Of a stretch of DNA of 64,000 nucleotides, positions 24,440 through 37,929 are shown piece by piece; positions within the stretch are counted from its first letter, which is position 1; every line of letters starts with the position of its first letter. The notes under the pieces are model-generated. The model was not told the origin of the DNA, did no database searches, and saw only the letters and a list, made by a program, of their open reading frames with translations. The stretch covers positions 20,163,433 to 20,227,432 of the forward strand of contig NC_057719.1 in NCBI RefSeq assembly GCF_004010195.1. The letters are read 5' to 3'. This stretch comes from Chiloscyllium plagiosum (taxonomy: Eukaryota). The position numbers and the translations under genes are program-made.

Positions 24440-27400
24440 CGATCTAATATATCAAAAATCTATCCGCTTTCCCTTTAAATACCTTCATTAATCTAGTCTC
24501 CTCTGTTCTTTTGGATAGAGAACTCTCGGCGTTCACTACCCCGGGAGAAGAAATTTCAATTGTTATTCTTACTCTGTCATAACGTCATCTAGTTTGAGAT
24601 TTTCCGCACTATCTTCTCAATATCTACTCTGTCAAACATCCTTAGAATATTATATGCTTCTGTAAGATCACTCCTCGTTCTCCTAAAATCTGATAACACG
24701 TGCTTAAACTTGTTTATTCGTTATTGACAAGTCAAGATCTTCGACCCAGGAATCAGCCTGATAAATCTCTTTTAGAACATAGAACATAGAATAATACAAT
24801 GCAGAACAGGCCCTTCGGCCCTCAATGTTGCACCGACCTGTGAACTATTCTCAGCTCGTCCCCTACACTATCCCAATATCATCCATGTGCTTATCTAAGG
24901 ATTGTTTAAATCTCCCTAATGTGGCTGAGTTGACTACATTAGCAGGTAGGGCATTCCACTTCCTTACCACTCTCTGCGTAAAGAACTTGCCCCTGACATC
25001 TGTCTTAAATCTATTTGTAGTTATGCCCTCTCGTACAAGCTGACGTCATCTGCCTAGGAAAACGTCTTTCAGTCTACCCTATCGAATCCTCTGATCATCT
25101 TGTATGTCTCTATAAAATCTCCCCTTAGCCTTCTTCTTTCCAATGAGAACAGACCCAAGTCTCTCAGCCTTTCCTCATAAGACCTTCCCTCCAGACCAGG
25201 CAACATCCTGGTAAATCTCCTCTGCACCTTTTCCAATGCTTCCACATTCTTTGTGTAATGGGGTGACCAGAACTGTACACAATATTCCAAGTGTGGCCGC
25301 ACCAGCATTTTGTATAGTTGCAGCATGATATTGCGGTTCCGGAACTCAATCCCTCTACCAATGAAACCTAATACACTGTGTGCCTTCTTAAAAGCACTAT
25401 CCGCCTGGGTGACAACTGTTAGAAATCTATGTACACGGACTCCAAGATCCCTCTGCACATCCACACTACCAAGAATCTTTCCATTGACCCAGTACTCTGC
25501 CTTCCTGTTATTCCTTCCAAAGTGCATCCCCTCACATTTAGCTGCATTGAACTCCATTTGCCAACTCTCAGCCCATTTCTGCAGTTTATCTAAGTCCCCC
25601 TGTAACCTGTAACATTCTTCCAAACTGTCCATTACTCCACCTACTTTAGTGTCACCTGCAAATTTACTAATCCATCCACCTATGCCTGCATCTAAGTCAT
25701 TTATAAAAATGACAAACAGCAGTGGTCCCAAAACAGATCCTTGTGGCACACCACTAGTAACTGGACTCCAGACTGAATATTTTCCATCAACCACCACTCG
25801 CTGCCTTCTTTCAGAAAGCCAGTTTCTAATCCAAACTGCTAAATCACCCTCAATTCTATGCCTCTGCATTTTCTCAAACAGCCTACCATGTGGAACCTTA
25901 TCAAAGGCTTTACTGAAGTCCATTATACCACATCAACTGCCCTACCCACATCTACATGCTTGGTCACTTTCTCAAAAAACTCAATGAGGTTTGTGAGACA
26001 CGACCTGCCCTTGACAAAACCATGTTGACTATTTGAAATCAAATTGTTGCTTGCTGGATAATTGTAAATCTTATCTCTCATAATCCTTTCCAAAACCTTT
26101 CCTACAACAATGTAAGGCTCATTGGTCTATAATTACCTGGGTCATGTCTGCTGCCCTTCTTGAACAAAGGCACAACATTTGCAATCCTCCAGTCCTCAAG
26201 TACTAAACCTGTAGAAAATGATGACTCAAATATCAAAGCCAAAGGCTCTGCTATCTCCTCCCTAGCTTCTCAGAGAATCCTCAGATAAATCCCATCTGGC
26301 CCAGGGGACTTGTCTACTTTCACTCCTTCTAGAATTGATAATACGTGTGCAAAACTAACCTCGATCTTTTCTAGTCTAATATCTCGTACCTCATTCTTCT
26401 CCTCTACAATATTCTCCTTTTCTTGAGTGAACACCAATGAGAAATGTTCATTTAGTGTCCCTCCGATCTCTACACGGTCCACAATCAACTTCCCACTTTG
26501 TCTTTGATTGGCCCTATTCCTACCCTAATCATCCTTTTATTCCTCACATACCTAAAGAAAGCTTTAGGGTTCTCCTTTATTCTATTTGCTAAAGATTGCT
26601 CGTGTCCTCTCTTTGCTCTTCTTAACTCTCTCTTTAAACCCTTCCTAGCTCATCTGTAACTCTCCATCACCTCATCTGTACCATTTTGCCTCATCAACAC
26701 ATGAGCCGCTTTCTTCTTCTGAACAAGAGATGCATTTTCTGTAGTAAACCCTGGTTCCCTTACCTTATCACTTTCTCCCTGCCTTACAGGGATATACCTA
26801 TCAAGGACACGCAATATCTGTTCCTTAAACCAGCTCCACATTTCGATTGTCTGCATCCCCTGCATTTTGCTACCCCATTGTATGCATCCTAATTCTTGCC
26901 TAATCGCATTATAATTGCCCTTGCCCCATCGATAACTCTTGACCTGTGGCCCTTTCTTAAGCTAAACGTAACTGAATTATAGTCACTCTCTCCAAAGTGC
27001 TCACCTACAACTAAATCAAACACCTGGCCTGGTTCATTACCAAGCACCAGATCCAGTGTGGTCTCCCCTCTTGTCGGCCCTTCGACATACTGTCAGGAAA
27101 CCCTCCTGGACAAAAACTGATCCATCCAATGTACAGAGCTATAACATTTCCAATCAATGTTGGGGAAGTTAATGACCACCTATTCCTTTCACTCCTACCC
27201 AGAATAATTTTGCTAATCCTCTCTTCCACCTCCCTGGAACTCTGCGGAGGTCTATAAAAAACTACAAGAAGCATGACCTCTCCCCTCCTGTTTCTAACCT
27301 CAGCCCACACTACCTCAGTAGACGAGTCCTCATCAAAAGTTCTCTCAGCCACCGTTACACTATCTTTGACTAACAAGGCCACGCCTCCCTCTCTTTTACC

Positions 27401-27925
27401 ACCTTGCATGTTTTTAATGAAAGATCGAAACCCTAGAACCTGCAACATCCATTCCTCACTCTGCTCTATCCATGTCTCCGAAATGGCCACAACATCAAAG
27501 TCCCAGAAATTGCCTGCAATGCCAGTACATAATTGCCAAATACAAAGACCAAAAACTGTACATACTTCTTTGGGTGCAGTCTTATCAACATCCCATTAGT
27601 TGTGAAAAGACTTCCCTTTTTTAAACATCAGCCCCATAGGAATTAAGGCCAAAATTGAATTTGCTTTCTTAATTATTTGCTTTCTTAAATGCTTTGCACG
27701 CTAACTTGTATTGAATGCGCAAGGACATTCAAATCCCCAATGCTGTAATTTTTGGGAGTCTCTTCATTTAAATAACAGTCTGTGTTTTGATTGTTCCTAC
27801 CAAACTGCATGACCTCAAATTTATTACCATTAAACTCTAAGATTATGAGCACTCATTGCATCTATTTACATCCCTTGCAGTTTCCTAATGTCTTGATCAC
27901 AACATGTCTTCCCATCTATTTTTAG
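24440..27925 (-). mobile_element. Old CR1 copy (24440-24773 and 27506-27925) interrupted by a younger CR1
   Basis: Flanks join as continuous CR1 antisense sequence (ccaggaatcagcctgataaatctctttt then aaattgcctgcaatgcc..gaccaaaaactgtac). Confidence 0.65.
24774..27505 (-). mobile_element. Younger CR1 LINE, 2.7 kb, partial endonuclease plus RT, defective
   Basis: AISETW..GGVALLVKD..VFYRPP (APE endonuclease); DKSPGPDGI; DFSKAFDKVPH..PQGSVLGP..FAGDTK (catalytic FADD mutated); frameshifts; (ttctatg)n tail at 24774-24791. Confidence 0.95.
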
Positions 27926-28965
27926 AATGTGAATCATACTTTACAGAAGAGGCCCTTTGGCCATATGACCAAAGTTACGACAAAATCTACACTAGCCTCA
28001 CTTTCCAGCACAGCCTTTTAATTTTCATGTGATGATTCAAGTACTTTATAAAGATTGTGAGGTTTCCTGCCTCAACTACCCTTCCAAGACAGTGCCTTCT
28101 GGATCCCCACAACTGTCTAGGTGAAGAAATGTTTTCTCAAATCCCTATAAACCTCCTGCTTTGCACCCCTTTGTTATTGACCTGTCAACTAAGGGGAACT
28201 GTTAATCCCATCCATGCCCCTCATGATCTAATACATCACTATCAAGTCCCCAACCTACCACCACACTTCCCCCTCTCCCCAACTTTCTCTGCCCCAAAGA
28301 AAACAATCTGAGCTTATCCAAACTTTCTTTATAGGTAAAGTACTCTATCCGAGGCAACATCCTGGTGAATTTCCTCTGCGCCCATGACAATACAATCACA
28401 TCTTTCCCATCGGGTGGAGACCAGATCTACACACAGTACTCCAGCTGTGGCCTAACAAAAGTCCTGTACAATGCCAACTTTGGTGCTGTTTTAATCTATA
28501 CCTCAAAATGATAAAGGCAGGTGTCCTGTGTGCCTTCTTAACTACCTTATTAATCTGCCCTGACACGTTCAGGGATTTATAAACAACTACCCCCCCCACC
28601 AAGATCTCTCTATTCTTCTGAGCTTCCCAGTGTCCTACCATTCATCAAGTACTCCCTTGGCTTGCTGCATCTTCCAATGTACATCACCTCACACTTCTCA
28701 GGGTTAAATCCCATCTGCCCATCTGATCAATCCACTTATATCTTCCAGTAACCTACGACCTTCCATCTCACTGTCAACCAATCAGTCAATCTTCATGTCA
28801 TCTGCAAACTCACTTATCATCCCCCACACCTTTTCATCTACATCAAGAGCAATAAGGGAATCAGCACCAATCCCTGTGGAATGCCACAGGACATTGGCCT
28901 CCAGGCACACAAGAAAGGCTTCCACCACTACCTCTGTGTCCTGCTGCCAAGTCAATTTTGGAATT
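27926..28965 (-). mobile_element. CR1 LINE fragment
   Basis: ISEFADDMKI and RKFTRMLPRIEYFTYKESLDKLRLFSL on the reverse strand. Confidence 0.85.
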
Positions 28966-29179
28966 ATCGCTGTCAAATGAAAGAGCAACCTTATAGTATG
29001 GTAAAACCAAGATAACTTTATTTTCCCCATCTTACTCAATCCCTTTGTCCTTTGCTGAAATATAAAGAGCTCTTAATCCTTAATTTTTTATTTAGCCAGC
29101 TTTGTATGTCCCTTCTTTGGATCTAATACTATCCCCAATTTCCCTGGACAGGGCACCCTTCTTATAGGGCTATAAAAAT

Positions 29180-31345
29180 AATACAGCACAGAAGGGGATC
29201 GTTTGGCCCATCTTGTCCATGCTGACCCAAAGACCCCCAGATTCTCATTTCTAAACCCATTTTCCTGCATATGCCTCATAGCCCTGAAACTTACAACACT
29301 TAAAGTGCAGATCCAGGTACTTCCCAAAAAGGTTTCAGGTCTCTGCCTCCACTATCAACTCAGGCAGAGAAATCCAGACAACCCCCCCCATCCTCCGTGC
29401 AAAATAAAAAATTCCTCACATCCCTTCTCATCTTTCTGCCACTTGACTTGAAACTATAACCCCCTAGCTTTTGAATTATTTGTCAAGAAAATTGTTCTCC
29501 TGTCTACTCTTTCTCTACCCCTCACAATTCTGTAGACCTCATTCATGTCACCCCCTCAGTCTTCTCTGTTCCCAGGAAAACAACGCAAACCTCTCCAATT
29601 CCTCCTCGTAACTACAATTCTCCAGCTCTAGCAACATTCTAGTAAATCTTCTCTGCACTCTCTCCACATCAATTACATCCTTCCTGTTATGTGATGACCA
29701 CAACTGCACACAATACTCCAGTTGTGGTCTCACCAGTGTCTTATACAGTTTCATCATTATATACCTACTTTTGTATTATATACCTCTGCCAATGAAGGAG
29801 AGTATTCCACATGCATTCTTTATAACCTTATCTGCCTCTACTGCTACCTTGAGGTACCTGTGCAATTGCACATCGAGATCTTGACATCATCTACACCTAT
29901 CAGAACATACTCATTTATTATATATTCCCTTTTACTGAAGGACCTCCCTAAATGCATTATCTCACATTTATCAGTGTTGACTTCCACCTGCCCCCTTCCT
30001 GCCCACTTCACCAAGCCATCTATATCATTTTGGAGCTTAGAGCTATCTACTACATTATGTATTATATGGCTAATTTTTGACTTGTCTGAAAATTTCCCAA
30101 TTTTGTTTCCACCCCACACCTCCCCCAACATTCAAATCCAAATAGTTAACTTGTGAAACAAACAGCAGGGGTCCCAACATGAAGCTTTGAGGAACATCAC
30201 TTCAAACAGCCTTCCATTTGCAAGGGCAGCCATTGACCATTGCCCTTTGTTTCCTGTTACAAAGCCAGGTTTGAATTCGATTCAACATATTACCCTGTTT
30301 TACATGAGCTTTTACTTTTTCAATCAGTCTGCCATGTGTGACCTTGTCAAATGCCTATCTAAAATCCATGTGTATTTATAGAATCCCCACAGTGTAGAAT
30401 TAGGCCATTTGGCCCAGCAAGTTCATACCAACCCTCTGAAGAGAATCCCACTCTCATCCATTACCCTACCCTATCCCTGTAGCCCTGCATTTCCCATGAC
30501 TAACTTACCTAACATACACATCCTTGAACAGTATGGGTAATTTAGCATGTCCAATCCACCTAACTTGCACATCTATGGACTGTGGGAGGAAACCGGAGTA
30601 CTCAGTGGAAACCCACGTAGACATGGGGAGAACATGCAAACTCTTCATAGACAGTCGCTTGAAGCTGGAATCGAACCTGGGTCCTTGGCGTTATGAGGCA
30701 GCAGTCCTCACTACTGAGGCACCGTGCTGCCCCAAATATCCACTGCACTGCCCTTATCGATCCTCCGTGTCACTTTGTCAAAAACATTAATCAAATTTGT
30801 AAGGCATGACCTTCCCTTAACAAAGCCACGTTGACTCTTCCTGATTAGTCCATGCCTTTCTCAGTGACAGTTTATCCAATCTCTCAGGATTGATTCTAAA
30901 AATTTGCCCACTACCGGAGTAAGACTAACTGGCCTATAATTGTTTGCCATTTCCTTTTGTACACTTTTTAAACTATGGAAGCACATTTGCATTTGTCCAG
31001 TCCTCTGGCACCTCACTTGTCTCTAGTGAAGATTGGAAAATAGTCCTCAGAACATCTGCTATATCCTCTCTGACCTCCTTCACTATCCTAGAATCCAATC
31101 TATCCACTTTGGTGAATTATCTACTATCGAGAAGACCAAGTCCTCTGACCCGTCCTCTTTCATTATGATTATTTTGTCCAATATTTCACACTGCTCCTCT
31201 TGGATTACTAAATCCACATCATCTTTTTCCTTGGTGAATATGGAGTCAAAAAATTCACTTAAAATTCTTCCCATATTTTCTGCACCTTCACACAATTTCC
31301 CTTCTTTGTCTCTGATATGTCCCTTTTTTTCCCCTATGCTCCCCT
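29180..31345 (-). mobile_element. CR1 LINE fragment with nested HE1 SINE
   Basis: LYKTLVRPQLEYCVQLWS, KCEIMHLGRS and ILSEFFDSIFTKE on the reverse strand. Confidence 0.9.
30378..30733 (-). mobile_element. HE1-type V-SINE
   Basis: ggaatcgaacctggg (B box, reverse complement) and gaggcagcagt..ctgaggcaccgtgctgccc (head, reverse complement). Confidence 0.9.
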
Positions 31346-31834
31346 TTCTATTTTATTATTTTGCCAGACAAGAATGAACAATTCAGTCAGTGGTTAACTT
31401 CAATATTTAACCAATATATTGTGCTACTGTATTACATATGTAACTACATACATATATATTCCTATACACAGACAATTACACAAAAACACGCAAATGTTTA
31501 ATTTTAACTTTATTTATTACACTGCAATTCTTAAAAAGTCTAATTTTGCTGTAATTTTCCCTTCTGACTAAATTATTTCTGACTATATCTAGTCCCATTT
31601 ATACTTTTGCCAATCTCAATACTTCAGAGATTTAATACATTCACTGTATTATCTCTGGCCAACAGGAATCGTTTAATCATTTTATTATTACTGGCATTCA
31701 AATCTTCAATGAAAGTCAGATTTTCATTTAAACCAAGTCCCATCCAGATGTTCCGACTGAAGCATTACCTTTTCACATGTCACCCCCTTTTGTTTCTATA
31801 CATATAACATCAAGAAATAGTTTAGTTTAATACA

Positions 31835-32795
31835 GAATTACTGAATCACAAAATTGTTATAGTGAGGAAGAAGGCCATTTGGCCCATCGTCAGTGCAGCA
31901 GGTCTCTGAGTATTTGGATTTTTTGTTGCTTTCCCGCTGTTTCCCCACACTCTTGCACATGGATTCCACTTAAAGCATCATCAAATGCCCCTTTGAATGT
32001 CTCAATTGAATATCCCTCTACCACATTTCTAGGCATAGTGTTTCTGACCCTACATACTCACTGTGTGAAAGAAAATGTTTTCTCTGACCTTGCATTTGCT
32101 TTTTTGTAAAATTCTTTATCATTATTCTTTTTGCAAAAGGAAACAGCCCCAACGTCTCCAATCTATCCTCACGACTGAAGTTTCTCATTCCTGAAAAGAT
32201 TTCTTGTGAACCTCTTCTGCATTTCAATGCATTTACATCTTTTCTGAAATGTGGAACACAGAATATTCCAGCTAAGGCCTAACCATTATCTTAAACAAAT
32301 TCAGGAGAACCTCTTAGCTCATATACTCTGTGCCTCTACTAATCAATCATAGTATATCGTCTGTTTTATTAACAACTCTCTTCACCTGTCCTGCCACTTT
32401 TAATGATCTTAGCACATATACACTTGCTTCTTTCTACTCCTGCACACTCTCTAGAAACTACCTTTATTGTATAGTCACTGCCCGTGTTCTTTTTACCAAT
32501 ATGTATTGCCTGACATCAGAACTTCATCTGCCACCTGAATGCCCACTCCGCTGACTTGTCTGTAACCTAACAGAGACTAACCTTGTCCTCCTCACACTTT
32601 ACAATGCTCCAAAGTTTTTAATATCCATCAAGCTTTGAAAACTGTCCTGCAGACAACAACATCTAGATAATTTTACATGAAGAAAACCAGTGATCCCAAT
32701 ACCAATCCCTGCAGAATGCTAATATGAACAAAAATCATTAATAATGACGTTCTGTTTCCAATTCCTCTGCTAATTTTATATCCAATTTGCTACTG
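31835..32795 (-). mobile_element. Old CR1 LINE fragment
   Basis: MRNFSREDRLETLGLF on the reverse strand; CR1 tail at the left end. Confidence 0.75.
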
Positions 32796-33269
32796 ACTAT
32801 TTAATTTTATAAAGTAAACCAATGTTTCCTTTATTTTAATTTCAATTTGATTTTATGTTTGTGATCTGAGCAACACTGGCAATGCAGTAGTTAATGTCCT
32901 GAATCTTTGAAAAATCATCCACATGCAGTGGGAATAGAGGCATACATGATTAAGACCAAGTTTCTCTTCCCTTAACTACAATGCAAACAAGTTTTCCAGG
33001 CAAGTCTTTTGTTACTAGCCCACAAATCACCAGGCATTTTGAGGGAGAAATTGCTCTAATAAAAGGCATTTTTAACGATGTGTATCCAACCTGAACAAGC
33101 CTTAGTCCCATTGCTGATATACCACTGGCCTTTCAGATGGATGCTAAAACTGAGTAATAGATTCATTGAATGATTTAAGAAGGAGGCCTAAGATAAGACC
33201 TGTTGAAGGAACCTTTTAAAATTTAACATGTTCTCAACATGCTTCAGTGGGTGCTATAGATATTGATAG

Positions 33270-33687
33270 TAGAGGCTGGAAGAACACAGCAAGCAGGAGG
33301 TGCGGAAGTTGACCAGTCTTCAGGAATGGAGGTGGGGGTATGGGGAGCTGCAGATAAAGAGAGGGGGAAAGGATTTTGGTGGAGAGAGGGGCAGAGTGGG
33401 GTGAGGTAGTGATAGGTATACACAGGTAGAGGGTAAGATCTGGTTGGTCAAAGGGAGGGATAAATCCGATTGGTAGGTAGAATGGAAGGTGGGGGGGGGA
33501 AGGGCTGGAAAGGAAAGTTATTTGAAATTGGAGAATTCAATGTTGAATCCTCTGGGCTGTAGGCTGCCAAGGTGGAAGATAATGTGTTGTTCCTCCAATT
33601 TGCGGTCAGATTCACTGTGGCAATGGAAGAGGCAGAGAATGGACATGTCAGAGAGGAAGTGGGAAGGGGAATTGAAATGGGTGGTGA
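33270..33687 (-). mobile_element. PLE family-4 3' end: GIY-YIG C-terminus plus terminal repeat
   Basis: Reverse strand HFNSPSHFLSDMSILCLFHCHSESDRKLEEQHIIFHLGSLQPRGFNIEFSNFK*. Confidence 0.85.
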
Positions 33688-33689
33688 TA

Positions 33690-34022
33690 GATCATGGAAT
33701 CCCTACAGTGTGGAAACAGGCCCAATGAGTCCACACTGACCCTCTGAAGAGGATACCACACAGATCCACTTCCCAATCCTATCCCTCTAACCTTGCATTT
33801 TCCATGGTTAATCCATCTATACATCCCTGAACACTGTGGGTAACTTAACATGGCCATTCCACATAGCCTGCTCATCTTTGGGCTGTCGGAGGAAACTGGA
33901 GCACCCGGAGGAAACCCACGCAGAACATACAATCTCCATACAGTCACCTGATGATAGAATTGAACCTGGGTCCCTGGTGCTGTGAGGCAGCTGTACTAAT
34001 CACTGAGCCACCATGCCACCCA
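33690..34022 (-). mobile_element. HE1-type V-SINE
   Basis: gaattgaacctgggtccctggtgctgtgaggcagc..cactgagccaccatgcc. Confidence 0.9.
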
Positions 34023-34277
34023 AATGAAAGGTAAAATTCATTTAGAAGTATACTTTCATTCTGCAGTGGCAGGTAATTGATATGTATTGCTTATAAAGGA
34101 TAATGGGTACATGAATTTCAGTGCTGATGATAGGTATGTAGGCCAAACACTCTAATGATTCAGGGATCAAATCAAACAGGACATCCCTTGGACTGTCCTC
34201 AACAGGCAGAGGACTGAAAGCACTCAACCAGCACAGGCCTTGGAAAACACAGCACACAGAATCAAACACTTCATTAA

Positions 34278-34410
34278 CTGATGAAGAGTCACCAGACTGG
34301 AAACATTAACTCTGTTTTGTTCCTGCAGATGCTGCCAGACCAGGGTTTTGCCAGCAATTACTGTTTTGGTTTCAGATCTCCAGCATCCGCAGTTCTTCAT
34401 TTTAGTTTAA
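34278..34410 (+). mobile_element. PLE family-2 terminal repeat beginning at a hammerhead motif
   Basis: CTGATGA a gagtc acca gactg GAAA catt aactctg..cagatgctgccagacc. Confidence 0.75.
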
Positions 34411-34730
34411 AGCACATAGAATCACATGGATACTTAAACTGGACAGTATTTACTGAAGAATCCCAAACGTGCTAAGAATGACACTAGCAACCAATTTCAA
34501 GATAATTAGACTCACAATATGCCTTCTACAAGCAGAAAGAATTGTGCATTTGTCAATCAAACAAAAACTTGGAGAGGGAGTCACTGAACACCATTGCATT
34601 TCCCAATGCAATACCTCTAATTCCACTTGTTCACCAATCAGCAGTTCAACAATCTCTTAGAGACCACTTGAAGGCTCTTGCACAAAGTATATGAGAACTT
34701 CACATTAATCATGTTTGTTTCACAGTCTAA

Positions 34731-35030
34731 GGGCGGCATGGTGGCTCAGTGGTTAGCACTGCTGCCTCACAGCGCCAGGGTCCCAGGTTCGATTCCAGCC
34801 TCAGGCGACTGTCTGTGTGGAGTTTGCACATTCTCCCTGTGTCTGTGTGGGTTTCCTCCCACAGTCACAAAGATGTGCAAGTCAAGTGAATTGGCTGTGC
34901 TAAATTGCCCATAATGTCAGGTGTGTTAGTGGGAAGGAAATGGGTCTGGGTGGGTTACTCTTCAGAGGGTCGGTGTGGACTGGTTAGGCCGAAGGGCCTG
35001 TTTCTACACTGTAGGGAATCTAACCTAATA
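34731..35030 (+). mobile_element. HE1-type V-SINE with intact Pol III boxes
   Basis: A box tggctcagtgg 34742-34752, B box ggttcgattcc 34786-34796; HER1-like tail. Confidence 0.92.
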
Positions 35031-35790
35031 AGAGGTAAGCCATTCATAACTGAGATTAGAAAGAATTTCTTCACTCAGTGAATTGTGAAACCTGTGGGAT
35101 TATCTCTCATGAGAAGTTATTGGGGCTATTCCATTAGATATATTCGAGAGGGAGCTGCATGGGGCCCTTGCAGCTAAAGGGATCAGGGTGTTTGGAGAAA
35201 AAGTGGGAGTGGGATACCGAGATTGCATATTCATATTGAATGGTGGTGCAACTTTGAAGGGCTGAACGGCTTATTCCTGCATCTATTTTCAATGCTTCTG
35301 TAAAAGCACTCTTCACATATATGACAATGTATAAATTATTGTTCCCTTGGAAGTATGGTCAGTCAGCCCTGATTGGTGCAAAATGAATTCTGTGATGAAA
35401 CATCTTTTTTTCACCAGAGCTCAAGTTGTATATTACCAAAATATATTGTTTTTACATCTGATGAATAACTTTGTTTCAACAAGGTGATCGAGCAGATGTA
35501 AAAAAGTTGTAAATTAGTTAGCTTAGTCTTGGGACAACGACTGAGATAGGGAGAAATATCTTCATTCAGAAGGTTGTGAATCTTTGGAATTCCCTACCGT
35601 AGAAAGCTGCGGGAACTCTTGTTAAATATATTGAAGACGAAGATCATTAGGTGTTTGGTGATTAAGGAAATCAATAAGGGATTGGACAGGAAAGTTATAA
35701 AGTTTAAACACTATCTTCTTCACAAAAGAACAGGCTTTTGGGGGTTGTATGGCCTACTCCTACTTGTACTTCCTATGTCCTTTGTTCTTA
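35031..35790 (+). mobile_element. Two old CR1 3' ends (about 35031-35300 and 35530-35790)
   Basis: gaatttcttcactcagtgaattgtgaa; gaaggttgtgaatctttggaattccctacc; ggcctactcct tails. Confidence 0.7.
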
Positions 35791-36124
35791 ATTCCTATTT
35801 AATTTGGCAACTAGTATACTATTGTAGTCTGCAGTTAAATGTCTTATCTCTCCCAGGTTTTAGTGAAAGTTTGTTTCATAAAATCCCCCTTCACTTCCAG
35901 TTTCCTGCTCCCCTGTTGATATAAATGGCTCAGTGGCTGCATTTTGTTAACATTAAAGGCAATAGCTATTTGTTTTTGTATCTGTGCGCTCCTGATGTTA
36001 AATTTAACCATTTAACCTGAGACCAAAACAAACCAACACAATGACAGTTCTAAAGAAAGTTAAAGCGTCCCTGACTATTTGAGAACTCTTTTCTGGATGG
36101 ACGTGTTTTAGTGTCTACTCTAGA

Positions 36125-36700
36125 CAAAGTTAAAAATCACACAACACCAGGTTATAGTCCATTGGGTTTCTTTGGAAGCATTAGCTTTCGGAGCACTATT
36201 CCTTCATTAGGTGGTTATGGAGAATAAGATCATGATCACAGAATTTATAGCCAAAGGAGTTCAGTGTCATGGAGATATGATACATTAAACAATTTTAGAT
36301 TAAATCTTTGATCTTTTAGAATGGGATATGCTGGTTCCTGTTCTTTGATATGTAAATCCCAGAACTTATTTTAAATTATATTTTCAAGATAGCTCAGCTT
36401 TTCTAACAATGGGTGTAAAGTCTGTCTGTGTCCCCATGTTCAGTCAGACTGATAAGCCCTCTGCATAGTTTTACAGAGTTTTACATGGATTCATACAGTT
36501 TTTGAATAAAATAAAATGTAATTCTGCAAAAATAAATTCACCCATAAACTTATATGTGTGTGTGTGTGTGTATGTAGGAGTGGCAGAGTGAGTGTGCTTG
36601 TGAGTGTGCGCATGTGGGTGTGAGTGCACCCTGTTGGACAATAACCTGTGTGATTTTTAACTTTGTCCAGCCCAGTCCAAAACCGGCACCTCCAAGTCAT
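36125..36700. mobile_element. PLE family-3 insertion with inverted terminal repeat and 9-bp TSD
   Basis: tactctaga at 36116-36124 and 36700-36708; aaagttaaaaatcacac vs gtgtgatttttaacttt inverted; mutated hammerhead at about 36178-36215; internal (tg)n. Confidence 0.85.
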
Positions 36701-36854
36701 ACTCTAGATAGATGAGTGTAGAGCACAGCAATATCTATTTTAAAAGATGGGAAATTGTACAGAGAATAATTAAAACTTGATAAAGTGAAGCTCTCACACA
36801 CTTCGTGTAAGAGCCTTCAACTGGTCTCTAAGGGTGGGTGTCTTTCAAAGGCCT

Positions 36855-37156
36855 AATAGCATTACTGTAGCCTGTTAATCCAGAGACTCTTGGTAATGAT
36901 CTGGGTTCAAATCCCACCATGGCAGATGATGGAATTTAGATTCAATTTTGAAAAAAAACAATCTGGAATTGAGAGTCAAAGGTGACTATGAAACCAATTG
37001 ATTGTCAAGAAAGAAAAACATCTGGTTTTGTCTCGTGAAGGAAATCTGCCATTCCTACATGGTCTGGTCTACAAGTGTTTCCAGACCCACAGCAATGTGT
37101 TTAACTCTCAACTGGCCCAGCCAGTGATGCCCACCTCATGAATGCATAAAACAAAA
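36855..37156 (+). mobile_element. tRNA-derived SINE family B
   Basis: taatccagaga..gggttcaaatcccaccatggcagatg (B box) to cccagccagtgatgcccacctcatgaatg plus A-rich tail. Confidence 0.85.
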
Positions 37157-37179
37157 GATGGTCTAATTATGATAGATGC

Positions 37180-37682
37180 CTACTGGGCATTGCAACAGTT
37201 TGAGGATACTCCTTTGGCCAATGCCAGTCTTCAGCAGGCAAAGAGATCAGAAATGAACAAACACAGCTCTTCCCTGTGCCTGGATGGTGGGAGCTCCAGA
37301 CCAGTATCACCTCCAGGGACATCGATACTGCTGCCCATTCATTGGTACCTGTGTTGTCACTGTCAGAGTGGCTGGCTCTAGTGCTGGTATTCAGTAGCTT
37401 GATTTTTGGCTATGTTGGAACCCTTCCTTGAAACAGCAGCTTTTTTGATCTTGGGATTTGCCCTGTCTGAAGCTATGGGCCTTCTTGCTCCTGTTTGCCT
37501 TGTAAATTCCTGCAGGAGAATCCTTAAGATGGTTGAGGAAGAGTAAATTATTGTAGAGTGTGGCTTTGGCCTCTGTTACCAATGAAGTATTGAAGTAGGA
37601 TTTTTTTTCAATCCAATCGTGTTTTGAACTCTGATTTAATATAACATTGGATAGTGAATAAAATAGTTAGATAAAACAAAAA
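37180..37682 (+). pseudogene. ATP5MC: Processed pseudogene of mitochondrial ATP synthase subunit c (ATP5MC1/2/3 family, paralog unresolved)
   Basis: Reads ELQTSITSRDIDTAA/FIGTCVVTVRVAGSSAGI/SLIFGYV/NPSLKQQLF/ILGFALSEAMG/LLFAL* across frameshifts and small deletions; stop at 37503-37505; no intron; AATAAA 37657-37662 followed by an A-rich tract. Confidence 0.92.
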
Positions 37683-37929
37683 GTCCACATCAGCAGACAA
37701 AGCAGTCAAGTGAAAAACATGGCTTTATATTTTGACCTTGTAAATATTATTTTATTCAAAACATTCAATTAAGCTTCCTGGGCAGTTTGTACCAATGCAG
37801 CAAGTTGCATGGTACAAAAGTCTGAAGGAGGTAAGACATCCGTCCTTCAAGTAACCATTGAGAAAAATGTTGAAAATGTTTCTCGAATCAGAATGCAGTT
37901 AATCCCGAATGTGAATAATAGTTCGATTA

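Noticed and set aside
34731..34800. tRNA genes at SINE heads
   Set aside because: The A and B boxes continue into SINE core and LINE-derived tail, so they are SINE promoters, not tRNA genes.
36554..36625. (TG)n microsatellite as an independent feature
   Set aside because: It lies inside the TSD-bounded PLE family-3 insertion.
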